Of a DNA stretch of 64,000 bases, positions 21,955 to 35,130 are shown piece by piece (position 1 is the first letter of the stretch; each line of letters opens with the position of its first letter). The notes below the pieces were generated by a model that saw nothing but the letters and a program-made list of their open reading frames with translations, did not search any database and had not been told where the DNA came from. Origin of the DNA: Podarcis tiliguerta (taxonomy: Eukaryota); the NCBI GenBank assembly GCA_965153285.1, contig OZ229118.1. The stretch is one strand, 5' to 3'. The position numbers and the translations under genes were made by a program.

Positions 21955-24900
21955 TGCTGACAGACTCTGTGCTAATTTACCACTTTGGTGAATGTTGCTA
22001 AAGCAGCTAAGGAACAAAAGAAGAAGAGGAGATAAGTAATGATTTATTTCTTACAATGAAGTAATGCCATAAATAACAAAGCTACCACATCCAAACACTT
22101 TTCCTGTTCTTTTTTTAGGACTGGCGAATGGCAAAACTGAAATTCTTCAGCACAGGGGGGAAAGCTGCCCAGAAGATGCACATATAATCTGGTTATATTT
22201 AGTACCTCCTGGAGGGCTGGAACCTACAGCAAACTCAACAAGGTCCCGTGCCAGCACATAGCATATTTGCATACATGCTAGGACCCTAAGGATTCTCCAG
22301 GGCACACCAAATTTTTCACTGGGCCCACATCAGTAGGACAGGATGACAGCCGGGCTAACTTAACTTTCCTGCACTATCACTTCAGTTACTTCATGAGTGC
22401 AGCGTAAGGAATTTGGTTGGTGATACCAGCAGGCCATATTGGGAGGGAGTCCATTGGGAAAACTCACAGGGAAGACCAAGCTGTTCTGAAAAGGCTGCAC
22501 TGAGATCTCTCTGCTTTTTCTCCCTGTGCTTCAGGGAGCAGATGCATCACAAGTCTTCCAGTGCTTCTTCCATCCATCAAAACTGCTGTTCTGGACTTGT
22601 ACTGGTATCCAATGTTCTTTATATCCTTAGAGAACAGGTCCCGGCACACTGTGTGTCAGGGAAGACTGCTGACCCCCAACAGTTCCTGCTTTCCATTGCT
22701 GCTGCTCCTTCTAATGAGCCAGAGCCCTTGGAGAGGGACAAGAGCGCAGTGGTAGAGCACATACTGTACCTTGTATGCACTGAGACGATCAGGTAGCTGC
22801 TGGTGGAGGAGGGGGGGGACAGTCCCTCTGAGAAAAGCTGTCAGTCAAAGCAGACAACAGTGGACAAACAGGTAGCAATTTACAGTATAGAAATGTATTA
22901 AATAAAATTCATAAATAAATGCTGCTAGCTAAATCTGAGTCACAGGAGAATAACATTGTGGTGGTTGATCCCAACACAGCTTCATGGAGCTTTATTAGGG
23001 TATCCTTCTGAAATATGCCCCCATGCTTCTGGTGAATGACTTTCTTTGTGGCTCTCAGGGATGGGTCTCTTCACTCTTAACAAGGAATGCCATTTCTTGA
23101 CATTCCACATACATTTAACTTAGTGATGGGGAACTGCGGGTCCTCCAGATGTTGTACTACCAGTGCATTTAGATGTGGGAACTATTGCATTACTTTTCCT
23201 GGTTATAATGCTAACACATCTGCCTTGGTCTCTAGTGTTCCTTTTACACTGCATCGCCTGTTGGAACTTCGGCTTTTGATAAATCTACCACTGTGTTGCA
23301 CTCAATTACACGCACAACAGTTGGCATGATGTGACACAACACTGGATCTCATTGGAGATATTACAACCCTTCATGCACATGTGTGCTTCTGTTCACCTGT
23401 GATTAACTCACGATGACACCAGGAAAGAACTGGAACACAACCCTGAATTTTATCACATGGCATGATCCATGTAAATGGCAGGAAAATTACACCACAAAAC
23501 TCAAATTTTCTGGGTTAAAGGGGTTGCGAATATACTTTTTCTGGGAGCAATTAACACAGAATTGAGTGCTAAACCTCTGCCTGGTGTTGCTAGATTTCCA
23601 AAAGCAGCTTTTACACTATGTGAAAGATCACACAAAACACAGAAATTATCACGTAAGGAAATGTCAGGGGAACAGATTAAAGCACTGTCTCAATGCAGCC
23701 TACAGCTCTCATAATCTATGAACGTTAGCCACACTGATAATAGTTGAATTCCCAACAATGCTGAGAGGGCCACAAATTCCTCATCCCTGGTTTAAATAAA
23801 ATGCCCACATGTATTTTTAAAATATATATACTGTATGAAAGAACAATGTATATGTCTAGGTTAATAGCAAAAATCTAATAGCATTGCACTTATGCAATCC
23901 ATTAGCTTTCCCCATGTTTGTAACAACTATGGATTCAATTCCACCCCACTTTAGGCTTGTTTTTGTTTGTTTTTAAGTATTTATCCAGTTAACAGGCAGA
24001 AGTAATAGAGATGCTTCCCTGTCTTCAAGGGGGTTGCAAATTATTGAAGCAGACTGACCTTAATAACAGACCCATGGAACAGTTCACTTTCTGGTAATGA
24101 AAATGAAATCTCTGCTTAGCAAGGTTGGCAGCTGTCAACTCTCTTTGCACTTTAACAAGTCTGTTGCTATACATGTGACCCACAGTATAAGGAAAAAGTC
24201 AGAAATGTACTGACAGCTGCCTAGCTAAAGATTGCTCCACCCAATCAGACACGGCTATCAATATTCAGACAGCAGGAAGACTGCTTCTATGCATCCAAGA
24301 AGGACTATTCCACACTTCACTTGAAGAAGTCTGTGTGGAAATGTTTTTAGGAACAAGGAGATGCAGTTTACCGCTACTTGATGTAGCCCACAAAGTGACA
24401 AAAGGATATGAGAAAGAAAAAAGAGGTTGGTATTGTGAATGCACTGGCCCATTGTCCTTAGAGCATGTTTTTGACATCACTCCATAGATTTAAGGGCCAA
24501 TCATAGATGGTCTGAACAGTCAGGGTCAAAATCCGGCATCTAGCAATTCTATCAAGGTCAGAACAAGATGGAAAGAAGCTGATGAGGGATAGGAAAGGGA
24601 AGGGGAAAGGGCAACAATACAAGGGGGATGAGGTGAAATTGAAAATGGTCAGATAGTGCAGGCATTTATTTCTACGATAGTGTGAAACAATAAATAGCAA
24701 CAAGACCAAAGGCAGACTTTTAAAAATTGTCTGCAGAAACTTTAAGTCTCTGCAAGACCTGTTGTACTAGCAGGAAACCAGCCACGCTGAAGGAGAAAAA
24801 CTGTTTTCTCCTTCTGCTTGTGACAATAGAGTACAATTTTTATTTTTTATTTTAGCTTTGGGTTATTTGTTTATTAAGACTGATATCTCATCCTGAGGTC

Positions 24901-27759
24901 TCAGGTATCTATTCTCTTTAAGACAGGATGTGGATAAACAGGTAATTCCCAAAACTCAGAAACATATATGATCTTTTGTTAGATCTGTCAATTAATTAAA
25001 GGTTGATGACATTTTAACTCAAGTTGGACTATATCTTCTTGCAAAACTGAGGGAAGAAGATATATACAATAGTTTTTAGAAGGATGTATTTCAAAAATGT
25101 TTGCCTTCCATTAACTATGAAGTGGCCAAATGTTTGCTTTTTCTTATTTTTTTCAAAATAACTAAATAAAAAATAATCAACCAACAAACTGGCAAATATA
25201 TCTCAAAAGGCATTTCAATAAATGCAATATTAGTTCAGGAATATTTCCCCAAACCTCAAACAGACCTCATCCTCCTATCATCTGCCATTTATATACATGA
25301 TGGACTCCATTTAAATCAAAGATGGGAAGACTGACTCTCTGCCAACATGACACACATTTGAAAAGCAGAAGAGTTCTGTTACACAATGCTATGGAACTCA
25401 TAGCATGTCATTTATTCACTAAAAAGTGGGAGGCGGGAGGAAACAGAATTTCATAGTTAAAGCCACAGAAGTTCAAACAAGATTATAGGTTGTTAAGTGC
25501 TCTGATTGTTTTAAAGCGACTGTCGACATTATACCCATTATCATGTTACAGAGTTAAAAATATTCCTTAAATAACTGAGCATATTGCCTATCCATAGAGG
25601 ACCATTTAAAACAGTGGCGATGATATACCAATATATTTGTATACCATAGAGAAGCTCCCCCCACAAGTCCCATTTACAATCTCATTATAATCTATGGCTC
25701 ATTTCACAGAGCCATAGGATGCCACCCTCCTTTCAAATGAATGAATGGCTGATCTAGTTGGAACAGAGCAAATATAAAACTGAGGGGGGAAACCCATGAT
25801 CCTATCAATGTCTCTGCTTGCTCCATATCTTTATTATTTCTATCTTCATCACCAGCCAGTGTGGTGAGGTGGTTAGTACTGAAGATTAAACTTCTTTTTG
25901 AAACAGAGCTTATTGCTCATCATTAATTGAAATATATAAAGAAGAAAACCACTGTAAATGTTAAAAATAATCCTTAAGCCGATTTTTTCCTCATCGAAAC
26001 TATTATTTGAAACAAGTAAGAAATGTCTGGTGCTTCCTTCTGGGAAACACTTAAGTTGAAAGGAAATCTTGAATTTCACAAGCTGAACAATGCATGCTGA
26101 AAAGTATAATTTTTCTATGACAAAATAATAGGAACCTGGCAGTCTCTAACGATTCTGCTGCAGCAAACGTGCTAATCATAGCAGATTGCTATTCAAATGA
26201 GAAAACATCTATATCTGCAGAAGTTTTTTCTTACTTTTTTAGCACAGTAGTTGCTTGAATTGAGGAAAACAGCAGAGTTTTAAGGATAAAAGGCAAAATC
26301 TTAACTGGGCACAAAAGTTTAATAATTCACTTGAGCCAGGATTCACCAATAAAATAATTTCAAATTACATTATCAGAAATCTAAATCTGATATTGAAATA
26401 TATCATGCTAATTACATGTCTGTAAGTATATCTGATGTCAGCTTCATTTCTTACCATCAAAGCTTTTTGTTTTGTTTTTAGAATTGCTCTGTTTATTAAT
26501 TATGAGCTTTGAAAGAAAGAGCATTACTTGCTCAATGTTGGAGCCTCTCCATATGGATAGGCCAACTTTAACTGATTTTGAAGACATGAGTTGAGGGGCA
26601 TGAGCCAATGGCTTTAGAATGTGGCTTAAAGATGGTGCAATTCTTCAGCTTGCTACCTCTGGATGAATCATCTAGTGAAAACACCCAGCACAGAGACACA
26701 TCAGCTGGAAAAGCCAAGGAACATGTAGATCTTAATGCTGTGTCAGAAATAAGAATGTGATCATTAGATTGTGATTTTGACTTGGTGGGGGGTGGGCAAC
26801 TGGCTATTTGGCCAGCCTGTGACTGCTGTTTTGCAAAGCTTTGTGCAGCTCCCATCTCCATACAAAGGAAGCCAAGAATAGGGACACGGGGTGGTGGAAT
26901 TAAGGTCAGAAGGACGACCTTTGTTGAATTAATTATTGGATTTAATAGACTATTCAAGACTGCTTTGACATGAATTTAGATATGGCTTGTTTTGAATTTT
27001 CACATACCTAAGGTATATTGTGTTATATTCACTTTGATTCTGAAATTTTGGGTTAATTGAGTTGTTTTCTGTTCTTTGGACTTCTGAAAGGAAGTAAATC
27101 AATATATAAGCAGCAAATGAAATTGAATATTTGTAGGCACTTTTCAGATAACATCACCAACATCTGCACTAACTTGCATGCCACACTGAATGCTGTTCTA
27201 ATGCAGGAGGTGTTTATGGCTTTGGTCAGTTCCAGTGGCTTAGATGAGTTCCAGTTGATTCCACCTAAGAATGTGGGCAAATTAAGTGTTCACAAACAAT
27301 GCATGCCCTTGGCCCTGACAGTTCCCATGTGCTTCGCTAACCAGGTTGTGGCCACCTGACCTATGATTGCCATTGAACAATATTTATGATCTCATTTACA
27401 AACTCCCCCATGAGTTCATTTCAGATTGCCTCACCCTAATTTTGCAAAAGGATACATAACTGGTTTACTTTTGCAGGTGTGGTTAATATGAACACATATA
27501 TGAAGGCCCCTTCTGCATTGCTGCACTCAGGCAGTTGAATGCCATGTTCTTGGAGATCCATTTTGCTTTCATATTGATGATTTATTTATTCTCTCTTGAA
27601 GATCTTTTTTATTTCAGCTGGCCTTTGATTGATTATAACTTCCCAATGTTTCTGTTGTTTAATCAATTATTTTTATTTGCTGATATTGTTTTTTGTGTGT
27701 ATATTTATTATTTTGAAAACTGTGGTGTACACCTGATGTATTTCTGCTTTAAAGGCTAG

Positions 27760-27769
27760 GATGGCGATG

Positions 27770-27801
<32 letters not shown>
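27760..27801 (+). repeat. (GAT)n microsatellite
   Basis: Direct reading. Confidence 0.95.
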
Positions 27802-28323
27802 ATTAAGGAGGAGGAAAAGTTGGGATATAATCAAAGAGAGAGACACACAGAGACACAGTTGGTTTCAGGGAGAAACAAGCAGCTCTTCTCACTAGAGAAC
27901 TGCTTTTTGCCTCTTCTGAGACTGCTTAGCATCGTGAAGGCATTTCAATGATCTACCAATTAGGAGAACCCTCCATCTGACTTTATTTGCAGTGACTAAT
28001 TTGCAATTCCTAGAATGCAAGCATATTATGCTCTACACTAAAAGACACGTCAATTAAGGGAATGAAAATTCAAGCTCTGGAGTAAAAAGGAAATCCTAAA
28101 AGTACAATCTGGCAGACATTTGGCCATAAAGAACCAAGGAGTGCACTGTAGCCAAGTGGAATGTTTCCTCAGAACAGTTTAAAGAGTCATCTATTCCTTA
28201 CTACCTCCAGGGGACAGATTGAATAGATTAGGCATACAGTGCAATAAAAAAGGATCTACCTCTATTCTTTAAATGGCTCAAATCTAGCTTCCAAGCAGAT
28301 AAAAGGAGATAGTCCAGGCCAGA

Positions 28324-28498
28324 CAGAGGTGGATTTAGGGGAGTGTGACTGATTCGGTCACACTGGGAATGGAGCCTCCGGGGCACCCCAGTGGACTCCA
28401 CAACTATTATTTAAAATGGAGCATAAGATGTGGGGGGCACAGAATTTTGGCATTGCAGAGGGTGCCACTGAAATTTGGCACCCCAAGGTCCATCACTG
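28324..28498. mobile_element. hAT-type MITE
   Basis: TIRs CAGAGGTGGA and TCCATCACTG. Exact 8-bp TSD AGGCCAGA at 28316-28323 and 28499-28506. Confidence 0.8.
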
Positions 28499-29362
28499 AG
28501 GCCAGATGTAAATGCATATTTCTCATACCATTAAAGTTGAGAAGCCACGTATCTTATGATTTGCCATTGGACCTAGTCAAGAAACACGGCTGTCATTTGT
28601 TAGGTAAAAAAAATCAAATCAAATATTGTGTATGGCTTTTAAAGATGGAAGTGAGAAATCAAATCAGCTTCTGTTCAATGTAGAAATGAGACTTTAAAGA
28701 TTTTATGCTTACAAATATATACTTATGTCTATGAGTAGATATGTCTGCTGCTGAACATTTCTAAAGATTGATGCAGTCTATAACATCTTTAATTTTTGGT
28801 TTTCATTTTTTAAATGTCTGGAATTTATGTATGGCAAAACATTTTCATGGTATGACTCAATATGGCTTATGTTTATAATAACCTTGATAATAAAGTTTAT
28901 GTCATCTTTGACTGAAGTTCTTGAAAGAGTAATATTGTACTTGTTTTCAATGTTTATTTATTTTTTATTGCACATATCCCACCTTTTTCTCCATGGAGCT
29001 CCATCTGACTGCCATGGTCCCCCCCCCCCATTTAATCCCAACAACAACCTGTGAGGTCATGGCAGGATGGAGATTCAAACTTCTAGGTCCAAGTCTGATA
29101 TTGTAACCACTACACTGCATTGGCTCTCAATAGAAGAATAAAAAATGACAGGATACAACTGCAAAAGACCTGTACCAGGACAGTTTGAATTTACCAGTAT
29201 ATGCATATTCCCAGTAGATATGAAATGTCTCCTCCAAGGAGCTTAGCAGATTACCCAGGCACTCTTCCACCCAGACCCTCTTAGAAACGGAACTTTATTC
29301 TTATGCCTTCCTATGATGGCAGGTGAGAATGGGCTTTCCATCCATTGCACATGTGTGTAATT

Positions 29363-29486
29363 CAGGTGTAGCCAACACAATGCCCTCCAGATGTTGTCCC
29401 TTGTCTCTGACCATATGCTATCCTGGCTGAAGCTGATGGGAGTTGAAGCATGAGAATGTCTATAGGGCACCATCATCACTATCCCT
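29363..29486. mobile_element. hAT/URR1-like MITE
   Basis: caggtgtagccaacacaatgccctccagatgttg...gatgggagttg...gggcacc. Confidence 0.55.
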
Positions 29487-29494
29487 AATCTCAT

Positions 29495-29660
29495 GGGGGG
29501 GTAAGTAGTAGAGCATGTGCTTTGTATGTAGAAGGATCTGGTAAAAGGTGATGTGAAAGAGCTCTACCTTAGACTCTGGAAAGCTGCTGTCAGTCAGAAT
29601 AAACACTGAGCTAGGTGGACTGATAAGCCTGTCCTGGCATAAAACAGCTTCTTGTGTTCT
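29495..29660 (+). mobile_element. Old tRNA-derived SINE with CR1-like tail
   Basis: gtagagcatgtgctttg head and tail gctgctgtcagtcagaataaacactgagctaggtggac...cagcttcttgtgttc. A similar copy lies at about 22735-22895. Confidence 0.55.
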
Positions 29661-30025
29661 TATTTCTATGTACGTGTAGCAGCTTAACTTTGAAGGGGCT
29701 ATGTATTCAAAGATTAGGCTGAGGAATTGAGGCATTGATTAAAGGCAACTGACATCTACATTTACAGGATATAACTGGGCAGGGCAGTACATTGCAATGA
29801 TTTCATGCAAGTCAAAATCAATTGTACAAAACAAAAGTATATCATATCTAGCATATCTAGCATATCTTGCCTATATCAGTGTGATTCTTAAGAATATGTA
29901 AGCTCATTTATGCTGAAGCTAGTTAAACAAAAATACTCTGTGATTTCCAATTACAATCAAATATTTCTTAAGAGTTGTACAGCTATCACTTTAAAATATG
30001 TTTAACATAGCATACCCTCCAACAC

Positions 30026-30386
30026 GTAGGGACGCGGGTGGCACTGTGGGTTAAAGCCTCAGTGCCTAGGGCTTGCCGATCGAAAGGTCGGTGGTTCGAA
30101 TCCCCGCGGCGGGGTGCGCTGCCGCTGTTCGGTCCCAGCGCCTGCCAACTTAGCAGTTCGAAAGCACCCCTGGGTGCAAGTAGATAAATAGGGACCGCTT
30201 ACTAGCGGGAAGGTAAACGGCGTTTCCGTGTGCGGCTCTGGCTTGCCAGAGCAGCGATGTCACGCTGGCCACGTGACCCGGAAGTGTCTTCGGACAGCGC
30301 TGGCCCTTGGCCTCTTTAAGTGAGATGGGCGCACAACCCTAGAGTCTGTCAAGACTGGCCCGTACGGACAGGGGTACCTTTACCTT
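30026..30386 (+). mobile_element. Sauria SINE, young subfamily, full length
   Basis: gggacgcgggtggc head through the acctttaccttt tail. TSD TACCCTCCAACAC at 30013-30025 and 30387-30399. Confidence 0.95.
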
Positions 30387-30399
30387 TACCCTCCAACAC

Positions 30400-30677
30400 T
30401 GAGATCCAGTGCCGAGGGCCTTCTGGCGGTTCCCTCACTGTGAGAAGCGAAGTTACAGGGAACCAGGCAGTGGGTCTTCTCAGTAGTGGTGCCCACACTG
30501 TGGAATGCCCTCCCATCAGATGTCAAAGAAATAAACAACTATCAGACTTTTAGAAGACATCTGAAGGCAGCCCTGTTTAGGGAAGCTTTTAATACTGAAT
30601 TAATCATTGTATTTTAATATTCTGCTGGAAGCCACCTAGAGTAGCTGCGGAAACCCAGCCAGATGGGCAGGGTATAA

Positions 30678-30708
<31 letters not shown>
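30400..30708 (+). mobile_element. L2-clade LINE 3' fragment with (ATT)n tail
   Basis: gagggccttctggcggttccctcactg...gaagacatctgaaggcagccctgtttagggaag...(ATT)n. Confidence 0.88.
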
Positions 30709-30709
<1 letters not shown>

Positions 30710-33700
30710 ACATTCTCCGTATAATAATTGGGACACGAGAGTGGGACTCCAAATGACATGTGGCACCACTGTAAGTGCTGACTCATCCACAGGGCATTCC
30801 AGAATCAAATCAGAAGCTGGGATGGCTTCTATAAACCTGGGAATGTCCTGTTAAAATAGGGATGGTTGGAGGGTATGACATAGGCACTGAGCAGGCAATA
30901 AACACCCAAAAGTGCTTTCCTAAATTAAAGCTGGACATATCCCCATCCCCAGCTAAAATAAACAGAAACCTCCAAAGCCTTTGGTGAGGAATTCATAATG
31001 AATCCAATTTTTTTTTTTGGCCAGATTCAACTAAGTTCTTGTACACAATGAGTCCTGCTAGCACAATGGGACTTCTCCGACTCTCATTTCTGCCAGAACA
31101 GTACATGGAGGGTGAGAGGGGAGAACGTTTCACTGGGCGACACGAAATGCTTGATTAGTGGAATGATGTTCCTTAGTATTCAGTGAAAACGGAAAAAAAG
31201 AAGTTGTATAGGAGAAACGTTTGGGGTGTGTTTCCATGCAAGTTCCATTGAAATGCATGGGAGCTGCCATGGTGAAATAGAGTGGAGGCTGGTCCATTAG
31301 GATGAATGGGGCACTGCCGCACCCCCCCCCCATTTTGCTCTCAGGCAGCCCCAAGCTACCTGCTTACTTCCAATCAGACCAGGGGGTAGAACTGACTGCT
31401 TTAGAATTAAAAGCCAGAGAAGCAGCAAATTAGCTGCATAGGCCAAAGCTCTCCTACAAAAAGAGGTTTCCTTGTCCACAGAAGTCCATTACCAATGAGC
31501 CAAATGAGCATAGAATCAGAGTTGGAAGGTACCTCGAGAGTCATCTAGTCTAACCTCTTGCAATGCAGGAATCACAGTTAAAGCATTCATGATCTTCCCT
31601 TGGTATAGAGTTCCAAAGTCTGGGCCCAGCTACTGAAAACACCCTATTGATAGAAAACTTTCGTTTTCATTTTATTTGCATGTGAATGAGGTGACGCTTC
31701 CTTCATTGCACAGATGAGCTCTGCTTTCCAGCTATAACAGCCGTGCATTCTTCCTTCCCTTACTTTGTGTATTTTCCTCATTATATTAGATTTTGCCTAG
31801 AGAATTTCAGATGCACATTGATGTTGAATGCCTTTCCCAATGCACTGTCAAGAGAAATAAATACTTTAGGAATGATTGACTTGGAGAAGAGGGGGGTGGA
31901 AACCCACAGATGATAAGGAAGAAAGCAGCACGCAAGTTTATTTTCAGATAAATAGCCTAAAATCTGTGACTAATGCTCCCTGGGGATCTGGAAGGATCAT
32001 AAGATTTAGTGAACTGGAAATGCAGAGTTCTTTTCTGTTTGGAGCGCTGTGGGGACTTTCAGGGTCTTGAGGGGGTAATATTGCAAGCAGATATACAAGG
32101 CTTTGTATTTTTTCCTCAGGCAGACCATTTAATATACAATTCTCTGAAGGCTGAAACACTTTAATGGAAACTTCTTATCCCGTCCAAATGCTTGTCTGAG
32201 AGTTTCTAAAAGTTATGATATTTGTCATATTGATAAACAGCTGAGGGATAATCATGGAGATGAAGGTCTGCAAATTATCTAGGTTATTAGGAGAATGCAG
32301 GCAGGAATAAAGAGAACCGCAGTTTAAAGCCAATTCCTATTTCAGATCAACCCGTTGAACTAATAAGAGTAATGGGAGATTTTGGTTAGGCAAAGGCAAT
32401 CTATGGCCTCAAAACCTTTCACAAAATTATGGGCTGCTAGTGATGGAGGACTGTTTTCTTGTACATTAGTTGCAGGATGTAGTATGCATTATACTGAATT
32501 CTCGTATCTGGGGAGGCCAATCTACCATGTGAGCTCTCAACCCTTTTATAGCACAGTATTGCTAGGGAGGAGACATTTGTGCTATAAGTCCAACACAACA
32601 TACCTGCCCCAGCTGCCAAAACTAATGTAATTGTTTGGGTTTCTCAACCAGGGCTGCCCTGCAACGAAAGGTAGTCTGCTGTGGGTGTCAGGTTCAAGAA
32701 AAGCTAGGGTTTTTCTGCTTCTGTGTACGTGTATAATTACAAAACAGAGGCTGAGGTAGAAGGTAAAGGAGGCAATCAGACTGTGTACACATCATAAATT
32801 TTAAACATCCCCAAAATAATCCTGGAAACTGACAGTGCTGGAAACTGTAGCTGAGAGGGGTAAACCACAGTTTTCAGGCTTCCTTAAAAGAAGGCATGTG
32901 CATTCCATGGATACTTTGCAGGCAGCCACAAAGGACCAGCCCTGTGATGGGGCAGAGTAAAGCAGCTGCCTCGCGCAGCTGATGCTGAGGGGCAGGCAGT
33001 GGACAGAGCTGTGAGGGCCATGCAGCCTCACTATCCTGTGCTAGCCTGCTATCCTCAAGTTAGGTGGAAGATAATTTCCTTTCACCAGTATTGGGGTAAG
33101 ATTCTGTATGTGCCTTGGAGGGGAGGGTTCCATTTTGTCCTTCACCTTGTTGGGAAATAACGGGGAAACACCAGTTAATCCTAAAGTCCCACTTGTAGTG
33201 GGAACTGCAAAAAAAAAAAAAAAAGCACATGGAACTTGACTCACTCTTTAGCCAAAACAGCTCCCAGAAGAGTTTAAATACAGATCTATGCAGTGTTTGC
33301 AAACTGCAGGAATTATAGGTTGTTAGATATTTAGATTTCCCAGCATTAAGCATTCACAGTTCTCCCCCTCTCAGAGTGAATAGACCAAAAACTTTGGCAA
33401 CTTTAAATGCATGCTCACTCATGCATCATCGAGCAGAAACAACATAGGCAAAAGCTTTTTCAGTACAAAATGGAAAAGTATCTTCAAGCATAGAGTCTGG
33501 GCGAGGAAACAACCCCTACTCCCTCCCTCCTTGCAGAAGAGGGGATATGACATCACAGAGTCTACTCTATAAGCTTAGAACTCTGTGGTCATTAACCCCT
33601 TCACATACTAACTAGCATAGATATGCATTGTTAGGTTTGACTGCAAAATCTCCCATACATCTCAGGCAGCAAAATGTCTTGAGCCGTCTCTGAAGCCATA

Positions 33701-33900
33701 CTAGCATTCACTAGCCTCCACCAGGACAGGTCCTCCAACCCACTACAGCAGATTTTGAGAGTGCAGTGGGGGCTGCAAGAGGGAGAAGTGAAAGGAGAAG
33801 TCCTACTTATGCAATGGCAGCATTGGATACCACACAAGATGCATTCTTGAATCACTAATCAGGTGAGTCAGTTATAACACACTGAAAAGAAATTATTAAT

Positions 33901-35130
33901 ATATCTAGATTTGTCTGGCAGGGCAAAAAGCCAAGGATAAAATTTAAAATATTGACCGATGCAAAAGAAAGAGGGGGCTTTGCCCTGCCAGACCTGAAAC
34001 TTTATTATGAGGCGGCAGCCTTTTGTTGGTTAAAAGAATGGCTACTTCTTGAAAACACTGACATGTTGGATCTAGAAGGATTTAATAATGTTTTTGGTTG
34101 GCATGCATATTTATGGTATGACAAGGTTAAAGTGCATAGAATGTTTAAAATCCACATTGTTAGGAATGCATTGTTCAAAGTTTGGATGAGGTATAAAGAT
34201 TTGCTTGAAACTAAGACCCCAAGGTGGTTGTCCCCAATGGAAGCAAAAGCACTAAAAAAGCTCAATATGGAGGCAAACTGGCCAAAATATTGGGAGATTT
34301 TAGAACAAGATGGAGACAAATTGAAACTACAGAGTTTCGATAAATTAAAAAATAAAGTTCGAGATTGGCTCCATTATCATCAAATAATGGAAGCGTTTAA
34401 AATGGATAGAAAAATTGGCTTCCAGGTGGAAAAATCAAAATTGGAGACAGAATTGTTAGAACCCAAAACTAAGATTTTGTCAAGAATGTATAACTTGCTA
34501 TTAAAATGGAATACACAGGATGAGGAAGTGAAATCAGTGATGATTAAATGGGCACAAGACTTGGGTCATAACATAATGTTTGCTGACTGGGAACGGTTAT
34601 GGACCACTGGTATAAAATTTACAGCATCTAATGCCCTAAGAGAGAATGTAATGAAAATGATATATAGGTGGTACATGACACCAGTCAAGCTTGCGAAAAT
34701 TTACCATTTGCCCGATAATAAGTGTTGGAAATGTAAAGAAGTTGAAGGCACATTCTTTCACCTTTGGTGGACATGCCCTAAGATTAAGGCATTCTGGGAG
34801 ATGATTTATAATGAGCTGAAAAAAGTGTTCAAATACACATTTTCGAAGAAGCCAGAAGCCTTTCTCTTGGGCATGGTTGGCCAACAGGTGCATAAGAAAG
34901 ATAGGATTTTTTTTATGTATGCCACAGCAGCAGCAAGAATACTTATTGCACAGTATTGGAAGACAGAAGAGCTACCCACTCTGGAAGAATGGCAGATGAA
35001 AGTCATCGACTACATGGAATCAGCAGAGATGACCGGCAGGATTAGAGACCAGGGAGAAGAGACGGTGAGGGAAGATTGGAGGAAATTTAAAGACTATTTA
35101 CAGAAATACTGTAAGATAACGAACATTTGA
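33901..35130 (+). pseudogene. L1 ORF2 C-terminal fragment (post-RT region and cysteine-rich zinc-binding domain); no EN or RT, not an independent gene
   Basis: SRFVWQGKKPRI...KERGGFALPDLKLYYEAA motif and CWKCKEVEGTFFHLWWTC (CxxC...HxxxxC). The frame is uninterrupted for about 409 codons but starts at the truncation point. Confidence 0.92.

Larger units (their letters stand above)
30011..30877 (-). mobile_element. MITE of the 12417 family (6-bp TSD) hosting nested L2 and Sauria SINE insertions
   Basis: TIRs CATACCCTCCAAC (30011) and GTTGGAGGGTATG (30865-30877). TSD ACATAG at 30005-30010 and 30878-30883. The reverse complement of 30795-30877 aligns with 12417-12500. Confidence 0.8.
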
